Shown here: in pieces, positions 17,777 to 26,389 of the stretch
How positions within the stretch are numbered: position 1 is the first letter of the stretch
Layout of the letters: every line of letters starts with the position of its first letter
Assembly: GCA_036386655.1 (NCBI GenBank)
Contig: DASVVG010000187.1
Coordinates: 1 to 53,403 of the forward strand
Direction of reading: 5' to 3'
From: Caulobacteraceae bacterium
Lineage (GTDB): Bacteria; Pseudomonadota; Alphaproteobacteria; Caulobacterales; Caulobacteraceae
Length of the DNA: 53,403 nt
The notes under the pieces: generated by a model
The model's database searches: none
What the model saw: the letters and a program-made list of their open reading frames with translations, nothing else
Told to the model about the DNA's origin: nothing
Made by a program: the position numbers and the translations under genes

Positions 17777-18390
17777 CAGGCCGGCTCCTTCGCCCGGTTC
17801 GCGGCCCAGGCGACCGCCTGCTCCAGCCGGTCGTTCCCCCAGAACAGCTCGCCGTCGTCCGTGACGCAGTTCGGCGCGCCGAAGATCGCGCGCGCCCTCG
17901 CCTCGTCCACCTGCGCCGCCAGCCGGGCCTTGTTCTCCGGCGCGACGGCCCGCTCCAGCACTGCGGCAGGATCGCCGCCGGCCTCGGCGATCAGCGGCCC
18001 CAGCACGGCGGCCGAGGTGATGTCCTCGTCGCGTGCGAAGTTGGACGTGAACACCGCGCGCGAGAACGGCGCGACCCAGCCCTCGTCGACGCCGACCAGC
18101 GCCACCCGGGTCGCCAGCAGCGAGTTGCGCGGGAAGACGCTCGGGCGTTTCAGCGGCAGGCCCTGCGCCTCGCACAACCGCGCCATGTCACGCCACATGT
18201 AGCGGCCCTTGGCGTGGTCGAGGTTGAACGGGGAGTCCGCCATGCCCCGGTCGGCGAAGATCGGGCCGAGGAGGAAGGGCTTCCACTCCACCGTGACGCC
18301 AGCGGCCCGCGCGACCGGCTCGACCCGCATGGTGGCAGGGTAGGAGTAGGTCGAGGCGAACTCGTACCAGAACTCGATGCGGGGGCTCAT
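17776..18390 (-). CDS. 2-hydroxychromene-2-carboxylate isomerase family (DsbA-like) protein
   Basis: 204 aa, starting MSPRIEFWYEFASTYSYP.., with ..KGRYMWRDMARLCEAQGLPLKRPSVFPRNS.. and ..FGAPNCVTDDGELFWGNDRL... It is coupled by ATGA and TGATG overlaps to the flanking ACAD genes. Confidence 0.8.
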   Translation of the reverse strand: MSPRIEFWYEFASTYSYPATMRVEPVARAAGVTVEWKPFLLGPIFADRGMADSPFNLDHAKGRYMWRDMARLCEAQGLPLKRPSVFPRNSLLATRVALVGVDEGWVAPFSRAVFTSNFARDEDITSAAVLGPLIAEAGGDPAAVLERAVAPENKARLAAQVDEARARAIFGAPNCVTDDGELFWGNDRLEQAVAWAANRAKEPA

Positions 18391-19565
18391 TGGTGGTCCA
18401 GCAGGCCGAGCACGCGCTTGGCCACGACGTTGAGGTTGATCTCCGAGGTGCCGCCCTCGATCGAGTTGCCCTTCGAGCGCAGCCAGTGCCGCGTGGTCTT
18501 GAGCGCCTCGGGCTCGAAGCCGTCGCCCTCCCAGCCGAGGCCTGAGAGCCCCATCGCCTCGACCAGCAGCTCGTGGCGGTCCTGGTTCAGCTTCGCCGAG
18601 GCGTACTTCAGGATCGACGCCGCCGGTCCGACGCCGCCGCCCGCCTTCGCCTCCTGCTCCACCCGCCGGACGGTCAGCGTGAAGGCGTGGGCGTCCATCT
18701 TATGGGCGGCGATGCGCGCGCGGAGGTCGGGGTCGACGCCGCCGGGGCCGGCGTAGGCCTGCGCGGCCGCCTCCACCTCCATGCCCGAGCCGCCGCCGAA
18801 GCGCCCCGCCGAGATGTTCTGGCGCTCGTACTGCAGCAGCCGCTTGGCGATGTCCCAGCCGCGGTTCAGTTCGCCGACCAGGTTTTCTTTCGGCACCCTG
18901 ACGTCGCTGAAGAAGGTCTCGCAGAACGGCGACGAGCCGGAGATCAGCCGGATGGGCCGCACCTCGACGCCCGGCGTGTTCATGTCGATGAGCACGAACG
19001 AAATGCCCTCGTGCTTCCGCTTCGTGTCCGTGCGGACCAGGCAGAAGCACCAGTCGGCCTGGTCGGCGTAGGAGGTCCACACCTTCTGCCCGTTGACGAT
19101 GAAGTGGTGTCCCTTGTCCTCGGCGCGCGTCTGCAGCGCGGCCAGGTCCGACCCGGCGCCGGGCTCGGAATACCCCTGGCACCACCGGATTTCCCCGCGC
19201 GCGATCTTCGGCAGGTGCTCGCGCTTCTGCGCCTCTGTGGCGTACTCGAGCATCACGGGCCCCAGCATCCAGAGCCCGAAGGAGAACAGCGGCGGCCGCG
19301 CCCTGATCCGGCGGAGCTCCGCCTCCACCACCCGCGCTTCCACGGCCGAGAGCCCGCCGCCGCCGTACTCGCGGGGCCAGGCGGGGGCGGTCCAGCCGCG
19401 CTCCGCCATCCGTTCGAGCCAGAGCCTCGCCTCGGGGGAAGGGAACGTGCCGCGCCGGCCGCCCCAGACCACCTCGTCCTCGCCCATCGGCGTGCGCATG
19501 GAGGGCGGGCAGTTCGCCTCCAGCCAGGCGCGGGTCTCGTCCCGGAACGCGTCGAGCTCGGCCAT
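18387..19565 (-). CDS. Acyl-CoA dehydrogenase family protein
   Basis: 392 aa with ..WCQGYSEPGAGSDLAAL.. and ..GGTSEINLNVVAKRVLGL.., both typical of ACADs. Confidence 0.9.
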   Translation of the reverse strand: MAELDAFRDETRAWLEANCPPSMRTPMGEDEVVWGGRRGTFPSPEARLWLERMAERGWTAPAWPREYGGGGLSAVEARVVEAELRRIRARPPLFSFGLWMLGPVMLEYATEAQKREHLPKIARGEIRWCQGYSEPGAGSDLAALQTRAEDKGHHFIVNGQKVWTSYADQADWCFCLVRTDTKRKHEGISFVLIDMNTPGVEVRPIRLISGSSPFCETFFSDVRVPKENLVGELNRGWDIAKRLLQYERQNISAGRFGGGSGMEVEAAAQAYAGPGGVDPDLRARIAAHKMDAHAFTLTVRRVEQEAKAGGGVGPAASILKYASAKLNQDRHELLVEAMGLSGLGWEGDGFEPEALKTTRHWLRSKGNSIEGGTSEINLNVVAKRVLGLLDHQ

Positions 19566-19612
19566 GGCGTCCTCCCCGCCCGCACCCTAGCGGCGAGAAG
19601 CTCGGCCGCAAG

Positions 19613-19819
19613 CTACCGGCCGGTCTCGACGCCCATCAGGTTGAACAGGTGAACGACCATCAGCAGCACCCATGCGGCCGACAGCAGCATCAGGAAGCGC
19701 CACGGGACCATGCGCGGGCCGCGCACCACGTCGGGCGGTCGGGCGCCGCGCCAGCCGCACAGCACGGTCAGCCCGATCCCTACCGCGGCGGAAATGAGTG
19801 TGACCGGCAGGTTCCACAT
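19613..19819 (-). CDS. Small two-TM membrane protein (68 aa), hypothetical
   Basis: Two hydrophobic helices (LPVTLISAAVGIGLTVLC and FLMLLSAAWVLLMVVHLF). Same strand as the ACAD operon and just upstream of it. The SD is weak. Confidence 0.4.
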   Translation of the reverse strand: MWNLPVTLISAAVGIGLTVLCGWRGARPPDVVRGPRMVPWRFLMLLSAAWVLLMVVHLFNLMGVETGR

Positions 19820-19830
19820 GGCCGTTAACC

Positions 19831-19846
19831 TTAACGCGTCATTAAC
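19831..19846. promoter_or_regulatory. CtrA box, perfect TTAA-N7-TTAAC
   Basis: TTAA-cgcgtca-TTAAC, with a third TTAAC at 19825..19829. It lies in the divergent region between the 68-aa ORF and podJ. Confidence 0.7.
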
Positions 19847-19879
19847 CGGGCTGACCGCCTAGTCCTACCGAACAGGACT

Positions 19880-19888
19880 TTGTCCACA
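19880..19888 (+). promoter_or_regulatory. DnaA box (TTGTCCACA, 8/9 to TTATCCACA)
   Basis: About 95 nt upstream of the podJ ATG, and immediately after the inverted repeat AGTCCT-N7-AGGACT (19861..19879). A GANTC site (GATTC, 19977..19981) abuts the start codon. Confidence 0.55.
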
Positions 19889-19982
19889 GCAGATCGACTA
19901 CCCGCTAGATCTGGTGGTGTTACCCGCTTCACACCCCAGAAATGCTCGGTAGCATCGTTGTGACAGGCGGGAGCATGATTCG

Positions 19983-22900
19983 ATGAGCGCCAACGCGCCC
20001 TGGAGCGTGAAGGGGATCGACCCCAAAGCGCGCGAGATCGCCAAGGACCTCGCCCGCAAGCAGGGCAAGACCCTGGGCGAGTGGCTCAACGAGAAGATCA
20101 TCGAGGGCGGCCTCGAGGGCGAAGCCGGTCCGCGCGACCGCGAGCCCGAGATGGGCGACTCCGATCCGTACCGCGAGATCATGCAGGACCTCGGGCGCCA
20201 CGCCGCGCGCGAGACCGAGCGCCGCGAGGGCGACCGGCGCGAAGTCTATTCCGACCGTCGCGACGGCGACCGCCGCGAAGCCGAACGTCGCGCCCGCCCG
20301 ACCGCCAGCCTGTACCCCGAGCCCATCCGCCGCTCGCGCTTCGACGAGGACTATTCGCCCGGCGAGGACGAGCTCAGCCGCGTCACGCGTGCGCTCGACC
20401 GCCTGTCGGCCCGCATCGAGGCGGCCGAGAACCGCTCCACCGTTGCGATCAGCGGCATCGACCAGTCGGTGGTCGGCGTGCTGTCGCGCATGGAGACCGT
20501 CGAGCGCGACAACAATTCGCTGGCCGCCCGCTTCGAGGGCGCCGTCGAGGACGTGCGCGCGACGCAGCGCAGCGTCGCCGAGCGGCTGCAGCGGCTGGAG
20601 CAGAGCGACGAAGGCCCGCGCCAGGCCGAGGCGATGCGCGCGCTCGAGGCGGCGCTCGGCAAGATCGCCGGCCAGCTCTACGAGGGCGAGCAGCGCACCA
20701 CGCATGCGCTCGGCGAGCTGAAAGAGACCGTCCGCGACGAGCTTTCGCAGAACGAGATCCGCACCCGCGCCTCGATCAGCAGCGTGCGCGAGGAGATCGC
20801 CGACTCCGAGCAGCGCACCCGCGCCGCCTTCGGCGTCATGCGCGACGACATGATGGAGCGCGACACGCGCACCCAGTCGGCCTTCGAGGGGCTGGCGCAG
20901 GTCGTCACGCAGGCGGACCAGAACAGCCGCGAGACCGCCCGGCAGCTCCGCCAGGACATGGGCTCGCTGGCCGCCCGCATTGAACGCACCGAGCAGCGCC
21001 AGGCCGCCTCGCCGCTGCTGCCGCCGCGCCCGGCCGACGCCGGCCCGGTGATCGAGCAGGTGCTGGCCCGCGTGAACCAGCGGCTGGAGCAGGCGGAGTC
21101 GAGCACGACGAACGCGCTGCGTTCGCTCGAGTCCTCCTTCGCGACCCTCGACCAGCGCCTGCAGGCCGCCGAGCAGGGGCTCGACCCGCAGATCCAGGTC
21201 CGCGCCGAAGCCCGCTTCGAGCAGCTCGCCGCCGAGCTGGCCCAGTCCGTCGAGGACGCGCGCGCCGAGATGGCGCACCGCATCTCGGTCACCGCCGACG
21301 GCGGCCGGTTCGACGAGCTGGAGAAGTCCCTCCGCGAAGTCGGCGAGCACGTGGAGGCGGCCGAACGCCGCTCCAACGAGGCCATCGAGCGGATGGGCCG
21401 CGAGATCATGCGCCTGACCGAGGCGCTCAGCGCCCGCGTCACCAACGTCGAGAGCGAGAGCGCCAACGCCGTCGAACGGGTCACCGCCGTGGTTGAGAAG
21501 CGCCTCGACCGCGCCGACCACACCCACGCCGAGGCGCTGGAGCGCCTGGGCGACGAGATGGCCCGCCTGTCGGAGCGCCTCAGCGATCGCGTGGAATCCT
21601 CGGAGCGCCGCTCGGCGGACGCCATCGAGGACGTCGGCGAGAAGCTGGTCAGCGTCACCGAGAAGCTGCAGGAGCGCTACGAGCGTACCGCGGAGAACCT
21701 GTCCGAGCGCATCCGCGCCAGCGAGGAGCGGGCCCAGCGCCTGCTCGAGGAGACGCGCGACAAGCTCGATCGCCGGCTCGGGGACACGCAGGAGCACTTC
21801 ACCCGCAAGATGGGTGAGAGCGAAGAGCAGTTCGCCCGCAAGATGGGCGAAAGCGAGGAGCAGTTCCTGCGCCGCATCGGCGAGACCAAGCAGGGTCTCT
21901 CCGACCGGTTCACCCGCAAGCTGGGCGAGGCCAGCGAGCAGCTCGCCCGCCGCATCGGCGAGTCCGAGGAGCAGTTCGCCCGCCGGATGGCCGAGTCCCA
22001 GCAGGGCCTCTCGGACCAGTTCACCCGCAAGATAGGCGAGGCCAACGAGCAGTTCGCGCGCCGCATCGGCGAGACGGAAGAGCAGTTCTCCAAGCGGATG
22101 GCGGAGACCCGCCAGGGGCTGTCGGACCAGTTCGCGCGCCGCATCGGCGAGACGGAGGAGCAGTTCTCGAAGCGGATCGGGAGCGCCGAGCGCGGCTTCA
22201 CCGACCAGCTGCAGGACCGCCTGGCCGGCATCCTGGCCCGCGGAGAGCACGCGGAGCCTTCGCCCGCCTTCGAGGACTCCGCCTTCAGCTCGACGGTGTT
22301 CACCCCGCCGGCCGACATGTTCGACGACTCCGACGACGAGCTGGAGCCGTTCGGCAGCTACGCCCCGGCCGTCTCGGTCCCGTCGGCGTCGGACGACGAC
22401 GGCTTCCGCCGCACGCCCATGGCCGCCGACACGCTGGGCGACCTGAACTACGACTCGCCGACGCCCACGGCCGAGCCGCAGGACGGCCTGCAGGCCGCGA
22501 TGGCGGCGTTCGAGGCGCCCGAGCCCGAGCCGGCGCTCACCGGCGGCTACACGCCGGCGTTCGAGACCGAGCCCATGCCCGTGATGGACATGGACGGCGC
22601 GGACGCGCTCGCTGAGGAGGCGGACGCCGCCGCGGCCGAGGCGGCGCAGCCGTTCCCCGCTTCCATGTTCTCGGACGACGACTTCTCGTCCGACTTCGAC
22701 GCCGACGACGACTTCATCTCCGGCGCCTCGGCCCAGCCGCCGGCGGTGACCGTCGCTGCGGTCGCCGCGCCCGCGCCGATGCTGCGCGAGCCGATCGTCG
22801 ACCCGCTGGTCGAGGAGATGGCCGCGGAGCCGGCGGCCGAGGAGCCGCTCGACCTCGACGTGCCGCCGCCGACCCCCCGCTCGTCAACGCGCGAGATGCT

Positions 22901-24122
22901 GGAGGCCGCCCGGGCGGCCGCTCGCGCCGCTGGCCAGAAGGCGGAGGCCGGCCGCAAGCTCGCGCCGCCGATGGGCGCGGGCCTCTCGTCCTCGTCCAAG
23001 CCCGACCTGGGCGGCCTGAAGAACACCGGCCCGGTCGCGCCGATGTCGGTGGACCCCTTCCTGAAGAGCAAGGGCCCGGGCCTGAACATCGGCTTCGGCC
23101 TCGGCGACCTGCTGTCGAAGCTGAAGATCGGCAAGAAGGACGACAAGGAAGCCCAGACCTTCCGCACGGCCATGCTGGTGGCGGGCGTGAGCTTCGCCTT
23201 CGGCGCCTCGGGCGCGGGCTATTACCTGATCAACAAGAGCGCCGAGAAGGACGCCGCCGGCGACGGCGTCGTTGGTCCGCGCAAGGCCCCGGCTGGCGAA
23301 GCAGGCCCGATGGCCGCCTCGCTGGTGCTCGGCACGTCGCAGAACGGGGCCGTCACGCCGGGCGTCGAGCCGCTGCCCGGCGAAGACGCCGCGGCCATGT
23401 ACGTGACCGCGGTCCGCAGCATCGAGGGCCAGGACCCGCAGGCGGGCCTGTCGGCCCTGCGCCGCGCGGCCGACCTCGGCTACGCGCCGGCGCAGTTCTA
23501 CCTCGGCAAGCTGTACGAGAGCGGCGAGGCCGGGCTCCAGAAGGACGCGGCGCAGGCCCGTCGCTGGACCGAGCGCGCTGCCCTCGGCGGCGACCGCAAG
23601 GCCATGCACAACCTCGCGCTGCTGTACTTCTCCGGCGACGGCGGCCCGCAGAACCAGACCACCGCCGCGCGCTGGTTCCGCCGCGCCGCCCAGCTCGGGC
23701 TGGTCGACAGCCAGTACAACCTCGGCCGCCTCGACGAAGAGGGCTACGGCGTCCCGACCAATCCGGCCGAAGCGTACACGTGGTACCTGATCGCCGGCCG
23801 CGCCGGCGACGGCGAGGCCCGCACCAGCGCCCAGCGCCTGAAGCGCCAGCTCTCGGCCGAGGTCCAGGCCTCGGCGGAGCGCGCCGCGCTCGCCTTCCGG
23901 AGCCAGGCGGCGGCCCCGGCGGCCCGGACCGCGCCGGCGGATCCCGACGTGGCGGCCGCGCAGCGCGGCCTGTCGCGGCTCGGCTTCTACCAGGGCCCGG
24001 CCGACGGCGTGTCCTCGCCGGCCCTGCGCCGGGCGATCGCCGCCTACCAGCGCGAGCAGGGGATGATCCCCACCGGCTCGCCGACGGCGGACCTGCTGGC
24101 GAAGCTGTCTCCCGCGGGTTGA
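19983..24122 (+). CDS. podJ: PodJ-like polar organizing / localization factor
   Basis: 1379 aa. The N-terminus is MSANAPWSVKGIDPKAREIAKDLARKQGKTLGEWLNEKIIEGG. A long coiled-coil region follows, then an acidic disordered region, one TM (AMLVAGVSFAFGASGAGYYLI), Sel1/TPR repeats (..AQFYLGKLYESGEAGLQKD.., ..AMHNLALLYFSGDG.., ..SQYNLGRLDEEGYG..) and a C-terminal PG-binding domain (..QRGLSRLGFYQGPADG..). This matches the PodJ architecture. Confidence 0.85.
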   Translation: MSANAPWSVKGIDPKAREIAKDLARKQGKTLGEWLNEKIIEGGLEGEAGPRDREPEMGDSDPYREIMQDLGRHAARETERREGDRREVYSDRRDGDRREAERRARPTASLYPEPIRRSRFDEDYSPGEDELSRVTRALDRLSARIEAAENRSTVAISGIDQSVVGVLSRMETVERDNNSLAARFEGAVEDVRATQRSVAERLQRLEQSDEGPRQAEAMRALEAALGKIAGQLYEGEQRTTHALGELKETVRDELSQNEIRTRASISSVREEIADSEQRTRAAFGVMRDDMMERDTRTQSAFEGLAQVVTQADQNSRETARQLRQDMGSLAARIERTEQRQAASPLLPPRPADAGPVIEQVLARVNQRLEQAESSTTNALRSLESSFATLDQRLQAAEQGLDPQIQVRAEARFEQLAAELAQSVEDARAEMAHRISVTADGGRFDELEKSLREVGEHVEAAERRSNEAIERMGREIMRLTEALSARVTNVESESANAVERVTAVVEKRLDRADHTHAEALERLGDEMARLSERLSDRVESSERRSADAIEDVGEKLVSVTEKLQERYERTAENLSERIRASEERAQRLLEETRDKLDRRLGDTQEHFTRKMGESEEQFARKMGESEEQFLRRIGETKQGLSDRFTRKLGEASEQLARRIGESEEQFARRMAESQQGLSDQFTRKIGEANEQFARRIGETEEQFSKRMAETRQGLSDQFARRIGETEEQFSKRIGSAERGFTDQLQDRLAGILARGEHAEPSPAFEDSAFSSTVFTPPADMFDDSDDELEPFGSYAPAVSVPSASDDDGFRRTPMAADTLGDLNYDSPTPTAEPQDGLQAAMAAFEAPEPEPALTGGYTPAFETEPMPVMDMDGADALAEEADAAAAEAAQPFPASMFSDDDFSSDFDADDDFISGASAQPPAVTVAAVAAPAPMLREPIVDPLVEEMAAEPAAEEPLDLDVPPPTPRSSTREMLEAARAAARAAGQKAEAGRKLAPPMGAGLSSSSKPDLGGLKNTGPVAPMSVDPFLKSKGPGLNIGFGLGDLLSKLKIGKKDDKEAQTFRTAMLVAGVSFAFGASGAGYYLINKSAEKDAAGDGVVGPRKAPAGEAGPMAASLVLGTSQNGAVTPGVEPLPGEDAAAMYVTAVRSIEGQDPQAGLSALRRAADLGYAPAQFYLGKLYESGEAGLQKDAAQARRWTERAALGGDRKAMHNLALLYFSGDGGPQNQTTAARWFRRAAQLGLVDSQYNLGRLDEEGYGVPTNPAEAYTWYLIAGRAGDGEARTSAQRLKRQLSAEVQASAERAALAFRSQAAAPAARTAPADPDVAAAQRGLSRLGFYQGPADGVSSPALRRAIAAYQREQGMIPTGSPTADLLAKLSPAG
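21810..22220 (+). repeat. In-frame tandem repeat inside podJ: 111-nt (37-aa) unit, about 3.7 copies
   Basis: Each unit consists of 11 + 11 + 15 residues, for example IGEANEQFARR-IGETEEQFSKR-MAETRQGLSDQFARR. Unit boundaries are at 21810, 21921, 22032 and 22143. A degenerate 11-mer, LGDTQEHFTRK, precedes the array. Confidence 0.9.
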
Positions 24123-24127
24123 CCCCG

Positions 24128-24168
24128 GGGCCTCCGGGCCTAGACCGGGAGGGCTGATCCGGAGGCCC
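24128..24168 (+). terminator. Hairpin after podJ (10-bp perfect stem)
   Basis: GGGCCTCCGG-N21-CCGGAGGCCC starts 6 nt after the podJ stop. The loop is long and there is no U-tract, so it is at best a weak intrinsic terminator. Confidence 0.4.
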
Positions 24169-24175
24169 GCCGCGC

Positions 24176-25099
24176 TTGGACATCTACCTGCCCATCGCCG
24201 AGATGTCGGTGAACGCGCCCCTGCTGGTGGCGCTCGGCGCGGCGGTGGGGTTCATCTCCGGCCTGTTCGGCATCGGCGGCGGCTTCCTGATGACGCCGGT
24301 GCTGGTGCTGATGGGCGTGCCCGCCGCGGTGGCCGTCGCCAGCGAAGCCAACCACGTCACCGCCTCGTCCGCCTCGAGCGTCATCGCCTACCGGCGCCGG
24401 CGCCAGGTCGACTTCAAGATGGGCGGGGTGATGGCCGCGGGCGGAGCGGTCGGCTCCTTCCTCGGCGTTGAGGCCTTCCGCCTGCTGCGCCTGCTGGGCC
24501 AGGCCGAGCTCGTCGTCTCGCTCTCGTACCTGCTTTTCCTCGGGATTATCGGCGGGCTGATGCTGACCGAGAGCCTGGGCCAGATCCTCCGCCGCCGGCG
24601 GGGCGAGACGGTGACGCGGCCGATGAAGGACCGGCGGCCGCCGTGGCTCTACGGCCTTCCGTTCAAGATGCGCTTCCCGCGCTCGCGCCTGTACATCAGC
24701 GTGATCCCGCCGGTGGCGCTCGGCGTCTTCGTCGGCGTCCTCTCCGCGATCATGGGGGTGGGCGGCGGCTTCATCCTCGTCCCCGCCATGGTCTACCTGC
24801 TGCGCATGCCGGCCGGCGTGGTGGTGGGCACCAGCCTGTTCCAGATCGTGATCACCACGGCGATCACCAGCGTGCTGCAGGCCGGCCGTAATCAGACGGT
24901 CGACGTCGTGCTGGCCAGCCTGCTGCTGGTGGGCGGCGTCATCGGCGCCCAGTTCGGCGCGCGCATGTCGATGCGCTTCCGACCCGAGACGCTGCGCGCG
25001 TTGCTGGGGCTGATCGTCCTGCTGGTCGGCCTGCGGATGGGCATGGGCCTGTTCGTCCGGCCGGACGACATGTTCGAGCTGGCCCCCGGGATGTCCTGA
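24176..25099 (+). CDS. TauE/SafE family sulfite-exporter-like membrane protein
   Basis: 307 aa with the duplicated 4-TM pattern and ..GLFGIGGGFLMTPVLV.. / ..IMGVGGGFILVPAMVY.. The start is TTG. An alternative ATG 9 codons downstream is possible. Confidence 0.85.
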   Translation: MDIYLPIAEMSVNAPLLVALGAAVGFISGLFGIGGGFLMTPVLVLMGVPAAVAVASEANHVTASSASSVIAYRRRRQVDFKMGGVMAAGGAVGSFLGVEAFRLLRLLGQAELVVSLSYLLFLGIIGGLMLTESLGQILRRRRGETVTRPMKDRRPPWLYGLPFKMRFPRSRLYISVIPPVALGVFVGVLSAIMGVGGGFILVPAMVYLLRMPAGVVVGTSLFQIVITTAITSVLQAGRNQTVDVVLASLLLVGGVIGAQFGARMSMRFRPETLRALLGLIVLLVGLRMGMGLFVRPDDMFELAPGMS

Positions 25100-25947
25100 T
25101 GGCCGTCCCCGCCGCGCTCCCGCCCGCCATCGTCGCGCCCGCCCCGGCGCCCGCGCCCGCGCCCGCCCCGGCGCCCGCGCCCGCCGCCGCGGCGCCTTCC
25201 GTCGCCCCGAGACGGCCCGCCGTCAGCGCCGCGCTGACGCAGACGCGCATCGAGGTCACCCGCAGCTTCAGCGGCGCCCGCATAGTGCTCTACGGCGCGG
25301 TGTTCGACCCCGCGCGCCAGCCGCACGACGTGGTGGTGGTCGTCCGCGGGCCGCAGGAGCCGGTGCCGATCGTTCGCAAGATCCGCGTCTTCGGCCTTTG
25401 GCTGAACACGCCCCCCGTCATCTTCCGCGGCGCCCCGGGCTACTACATGGCCGCATCGACGCGGCCGCTGAACCAGGTGGCCAACTTCGCGGTGCGGCGG
25501 CGCCTCGGCCTCGGCGTCGAGAACCTGCGTTTCGCCGCGCCGGACGAGGAACGTGTCGAGAGCCGCTACGGCGTGGCTGACGTGATCGTCAGCCGCCTCG
25601 GGCCCGACTACTTCGAGTACCGGCAGGCCGTCGTCCGGCTGAAGCTGCGCGAGGGGCTGTACGCCGCGGACTCCGACGCCGTGCGCTTCGTCGACCAGGG
25701 ACTATTCCGCGCCGACGTCGCCCTGCCCGCCTCGGCGCCGAACGGCCGCTACGTGGCCGAGATCCACCTGCTGCGGAACGGCACGCCGGTCGCGATGCGC
25801 CGCCGCGACTTGACCGTGGAGAAGGTCGGTGTCGAACGTGCCCTGCATGACCTCGCCCACCGACGGCCCTGGACCTACGGAGTCGCCTCCGTCGTCTTCG
25901 CGATCTTCGCCGGCTGGGCCGCCTCCGCGATCTTCCGCCGGCCCTGA
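25099..25947 (+). CDS. TIGR02186 / Alph_Pro_TM-type membrane protein
   Basis: 282 aa. The start overlaps the TauE stop (TGATG). There is a C-terminal TM (WTYGVASVVFAIFAGWAASAIF). To my recollection the TauE partner context is typical of this alphaproteobacterial family. Confidence 0.65.
   Translation: MAVPAALPPAIVAPAPAPAPAPAPAPAPAAAAPSVAPRRPAVSAALTQTRIEVTRSFSGARIVLYGAVFDPARQPHDVVVVVRGPQEPVPIVRKIRVFGLWLNTPPVIFRGAPGYYMAASTRPLNQVANFAVRRRLGLGVENLRFAAPDEERVESRYGVADVIVSRLGPDYFEYRQAVVRLKLREGLYAADSDAVRFVDQGLFRADVALPASAPNGRYVAEIHLLRNGTPVAMRRRDLTVEKVGVERALHDLAHRRPWTYGVASVVFAIFAGWAASAIFRRP
25135..25182 (+). repeat. (Ala-Pro)8 dipeptide repeat / GC-rich microsatellite-like tract
   Basis: APAPAPAPAPAPAPAP is encoded by alternating GCN-CCN codons near the N-terminus of the TIGR02186-type protein. 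Confidence 0.9.
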
Positions 25948-25972
25948 CCGCCGCCCGCCGGCGTCCGCGCTC

Positions 25973-26389
25973 GTGCTCGGGCTTCTGGGGCTGGCGCCCT
26001 TCTTCGGGGGCGCCGCGGTCTACGCGTGGGGCCCGCCGGAGCTCGGCGGCCCGGGGCTGCTGACCCTGCTGGCCTGGTCGGCGGCGATCCTCTCGTTCCT
26101 GGGCGGCACGCGCTGGGGCGTGGAGATGGCGGCGCGGGCGCAGCCCCGCTGGAGCGTTCTGGCGCTGTCGGTCCTGCCGGCCGCCGCCGCGTGGCTGCTG
26201 CTGGCGGCCGCGCCGCTCGCCGCGACCGAGCGTCAGCTCACCGGGTTCATCGTCGCGTTCGCGCTGCAGTGGCTGTGGGACCTCACGGCGAAGGATCCGC
26301 CGCGCTGGTACGGGCGTCTCAGGACGCTGCTGACGGCAGGAGCGGTGCTCGCCCTGGCCGTGGCGCTATGGAAGACGCTGGCGCTCTAG
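25973..26389 (+). CDS. DUF3429-like membrane protein
   Basis: Four TM helices containing ..LSFLGGTRWG.. Start set to the first in-frame GTG after the upstream stop. The earlier part of track ORF 25829.. overlaps the preceding gene. Confidence 0.6.
   Translation: MLGLLGLAPFFGGAAVYAWGPPELGGPGLLTLLAWSAAILSFLGGTRWGVEMAARAQPRWSVLALSVLPAAAAWLLLAAAPLAATERQLTGFIVAFALQWLWDLTAKDPPRWYGRLRTLLTAGAVLALAVALWKTLAL

Noticed and set aside
19929-22250. 773-aa ORF antisense to podJ
   Set aside because: It is the mirror image of the podJ coiled-coil and repeat region. The product is Leu/Ala/Gly low-complexity (..LAGELL..) with no start context. The sense strand encodes a protein with recognisable domains throughout. 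This is a typical high-GC antisense open frame.
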